A program made the position numbers and the translations under genes. Below the pieces are notes generated by a model that worked only from the letters and a program-made list of their open reading frames with translations, was not told the DNA's origin and made no database searches. A DNA stretch of 64,000 bases, taken from the NCBI RefSeq assembly GCF_006345805.1, contig NC_042997.1, positions 178,870,001 through 178,934,000 on the forward strand, read 5' to 3'. The stretch comes from Octopus sinensis (Eukaryota). Shown piece by piece: positions 61,491 through 64,000 of this stretch. Position 1 is the first letter of the stretch. Every line of letters begins with the position of its first letter.

Positions 61491-63734
61491 TAGATACATA
61501 CATACATACATACATACATACATACATACATACACGTTCGTACGTACAAACAGACACATATATAAAGTAAAAATACGAGATACATGTAAATATATATATA
61601 TACTTATACGTGTGTGTGTGCACACCCTTCAATATAATATGTAATATATGATGGCATACATATTACAACGCAATGACATATTTATTTCTTGGCATATAAT
61701 ACGACCTATAAAATCATTTTTATACAAACACACAACGCTACACATTCCGCTACACAACCATGAGAAATGGCTCTGACACGCATCATAATTTTCTCCTTCA
61801 GACATTCAGTTTTTAGTTTTGATACATGATTATAAAAGTTCAATGTGTCTCTTTTGACACTTCTTGTATAGACGCCTGTTGCGATCCGGATATCAACCTT
61901 GTCACATCCGGCAAATTACGTTTCATGTGCATCACATAGCTTTAGAATATTTTCAGAAAATAATCGTTACGAGCATATAAATATATTTAGTAAGCAGACC
62001 TTGTAATGTGATAGAAGCGAAAGATGGGGGAAAGGAATGGAAGAAAGATACAGGCTAGAGACTGATAGAAGAGGAGACAGAACGTGATTTGGTAAAATCG
62101 CTATAAGAATGAAATAATGAGTGACTAGACAGAGAATAATCGAAATATAAAGAATGTTTTATTATAAAAGTAGCGCTAAAATATGGAACGGAAAATCAAA
62201 TCCTTATCTTATAAGCTGGCCTTGAAACAAGTCATGGAATCATGAAACGAAAAAAGTATATAAATGCTTGCAAGTTAACAAGGAAATGCAATAAAAATAA
62301 ATGCGATAAAATGTTTGGACTAAAGGAAACAATTAAGCGAAATAAAATAAATTTAAATATTGAAGGAAAGTTTTTAAGCCTTAAGATTCCCAGCAAAATG
62401 CATAAATAGCTGCTTCATGAAATAAATGTAAGATGCATTAATGATGATAAAAGAAAGTGTTATAGGACTAACCAAAGGAAACTTCACCAAAACAAGAATT
62501 TGAAAAAAGATGAGCAAACATAAATTTACAGGGTTAAACTACTAATTTGTATTATTTTTATCATTTTTAAACGAAGTTTTCATTGAAAGTATTTATAAAA
62601 GGAATATCAAGGCACGAAAACAAATGCAAAACCGAAGGCAAAACAAGAACAACAGTAAGTTTTTTGACGTATATGCATATTTATAAGGCCTCATCAAAAG
62701 GAAAACGAAGATTAAGCTATGTTTGTTCTGTGGAGATTAAAAGTAATAAAGCAGTTATTTTTGAAACGCTAACATTGAGGAAAGAGGCGAAGATATGATT
62801 AGAGTAGTAGTGTTTAAATCAACCAATCACCGTCTCTCAGGCCGTTTTTGTTGTTGATGAACAAATTCATTTTCTTGTTAATGATGGCCTCATTAATCCT
62901 TAAATTTCCAATATTCATTTCCTTGTTTTAATGACTTGGTTGTAACACTACCAAAAATTTCTTCAACAGAATAAACGTTTTTATCTGAATATAGTATTTA
63001 ATACACATTGCCAGTTTATAAATACAAACATACAGCTTTGTATCCTAGATCCACCACATTTATTAAATGTTATATGGTACATCACAAGAGCTTCTAAACA
63101 TTTATTCCTTTTGTTCATTTAACATTTTGCTAATTTACATAATGCGTTGTCGATGTTTTGAGCCGACTCACTGAAAGAATTTTTCTCATGGTAGGTTCAG
63201 AGTGTGCCAACCATGCATTTGAATCACCACGAATCGCCCGGGAGATTACAACACATGTTTTATCATTAAATTTTGATCGTTTTAAATATGCTTTGTATTA
63301 TTGGAGATACAATTTCTTTTGGCTTATATTATCAAGCTGCATCTGGAAGGAGAGGGTGCTGCGCTATCAATATGTTGGTACTTATTACTGAAGAGTTGAT
63401 GGAAGCTTTATGAAATGAAGTGTCATACTGAAGGACACAACTCACCATCCGGTCCCTGAATTCAATCCCTGACCTTATGATTATGAGCACTATACCTCTA
63501 AGCATTTGGTAATACAACTTCACAGGAAATATGGAACTCGTTGCGAATCTCCTAGTCATTCTTGCACAGGAACTATGTTAATCTTCTCTGTATTATTCCA
63601 GGCTTACAATTAATGCCGAATTGGGTGCAAGGGCTGATCTGTATACTTTTTATACAGATTCTGCATAGGTATATTTCCTATAGAAACTAGTATTAATGTA
63701 GTCCTTCACGATGATTTTGACTTGTAAATCAATC

Positions 63735-63787
<53 letters not shown>

Positions 63788-63788
<1 letters not shown>

Positions 63789-63960
63789 GGGAGAATTCAC
63801 GAAAAAAAGCAAAAGACGAAGACAGGTGGTGTGGAAAACAAACAAATGTATTAGTATAACGCTCGGGAATTGAAAAAAGTCTTTAACGTTTCCAGCCTAC
63901 GCTCTTCCACAGAAAGAAACAAGGAGAGAAAAAATGTGTGTAGTGGCTACCGATCTATCA
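63788..63960 (-). mobile_element. Penelope-like pseudo-LTR fragment with variant hammerhead (63881-63916), between (TA)n and (TG)n
   Basis: Minus strand CTTT-CTGTGGA-AGAGC-gtag-GCTG-GAAAC-GTT-AAAG, with stem I CTTT/AAAG and core variant CUGUGGA. Homologous fragment at 25316-25450. Confidence 0.6.
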
Positions 63961-64000
63961 TGTGTGTGTGTGTGCGTATGTGTGTGTGTGTGTGTGTGTG

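Overview
This is AT-rich animal genomic DNA, almost certainly intronic or intergenic. The SINE families and the very high density of (TA)n, (TG)n, (TAA)n and (CATA)n repeats suggest an octopus or related cephalopod (inference from repeat content). I can support no intact host gene, rRNA, tRNA gene or CRISPR array, and nearly all ORF-track entries are microsatellite or antisense artefacts. The window is mostly decayed transposons. There are three tRNA-derived SINE families (here called A, B, C) and a decayed Ty3/Gypsy element (14.1-17.5 kb, minus) with LTR, tRNA-Ser PBS, polyQ-rich gag, protease and YLDD RT plus two nested insertions. There are also two mariner/Tc1 derivatives, two copies of a GGATC-ended MITE with 8-bp TSDs, LINE 3' ends of RTE, CR1/L2-like and L1/Tx1 type, and R4/Dong-like RLE fragments sitting in microsatellites. 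The most interesting signal is a set of minimal hammerhead-ribozyme motifs in at least three Penelope-type repeat families. One of these families carries a tRNA-like Pol III head and lies in a head-to-head inverted pair (1977-2447), a candidate ribozyme-bearing SINE mobilised by a Penelope-like element. Coordinates of decayed elements are approximate unless a TSD or TIR is quoted.
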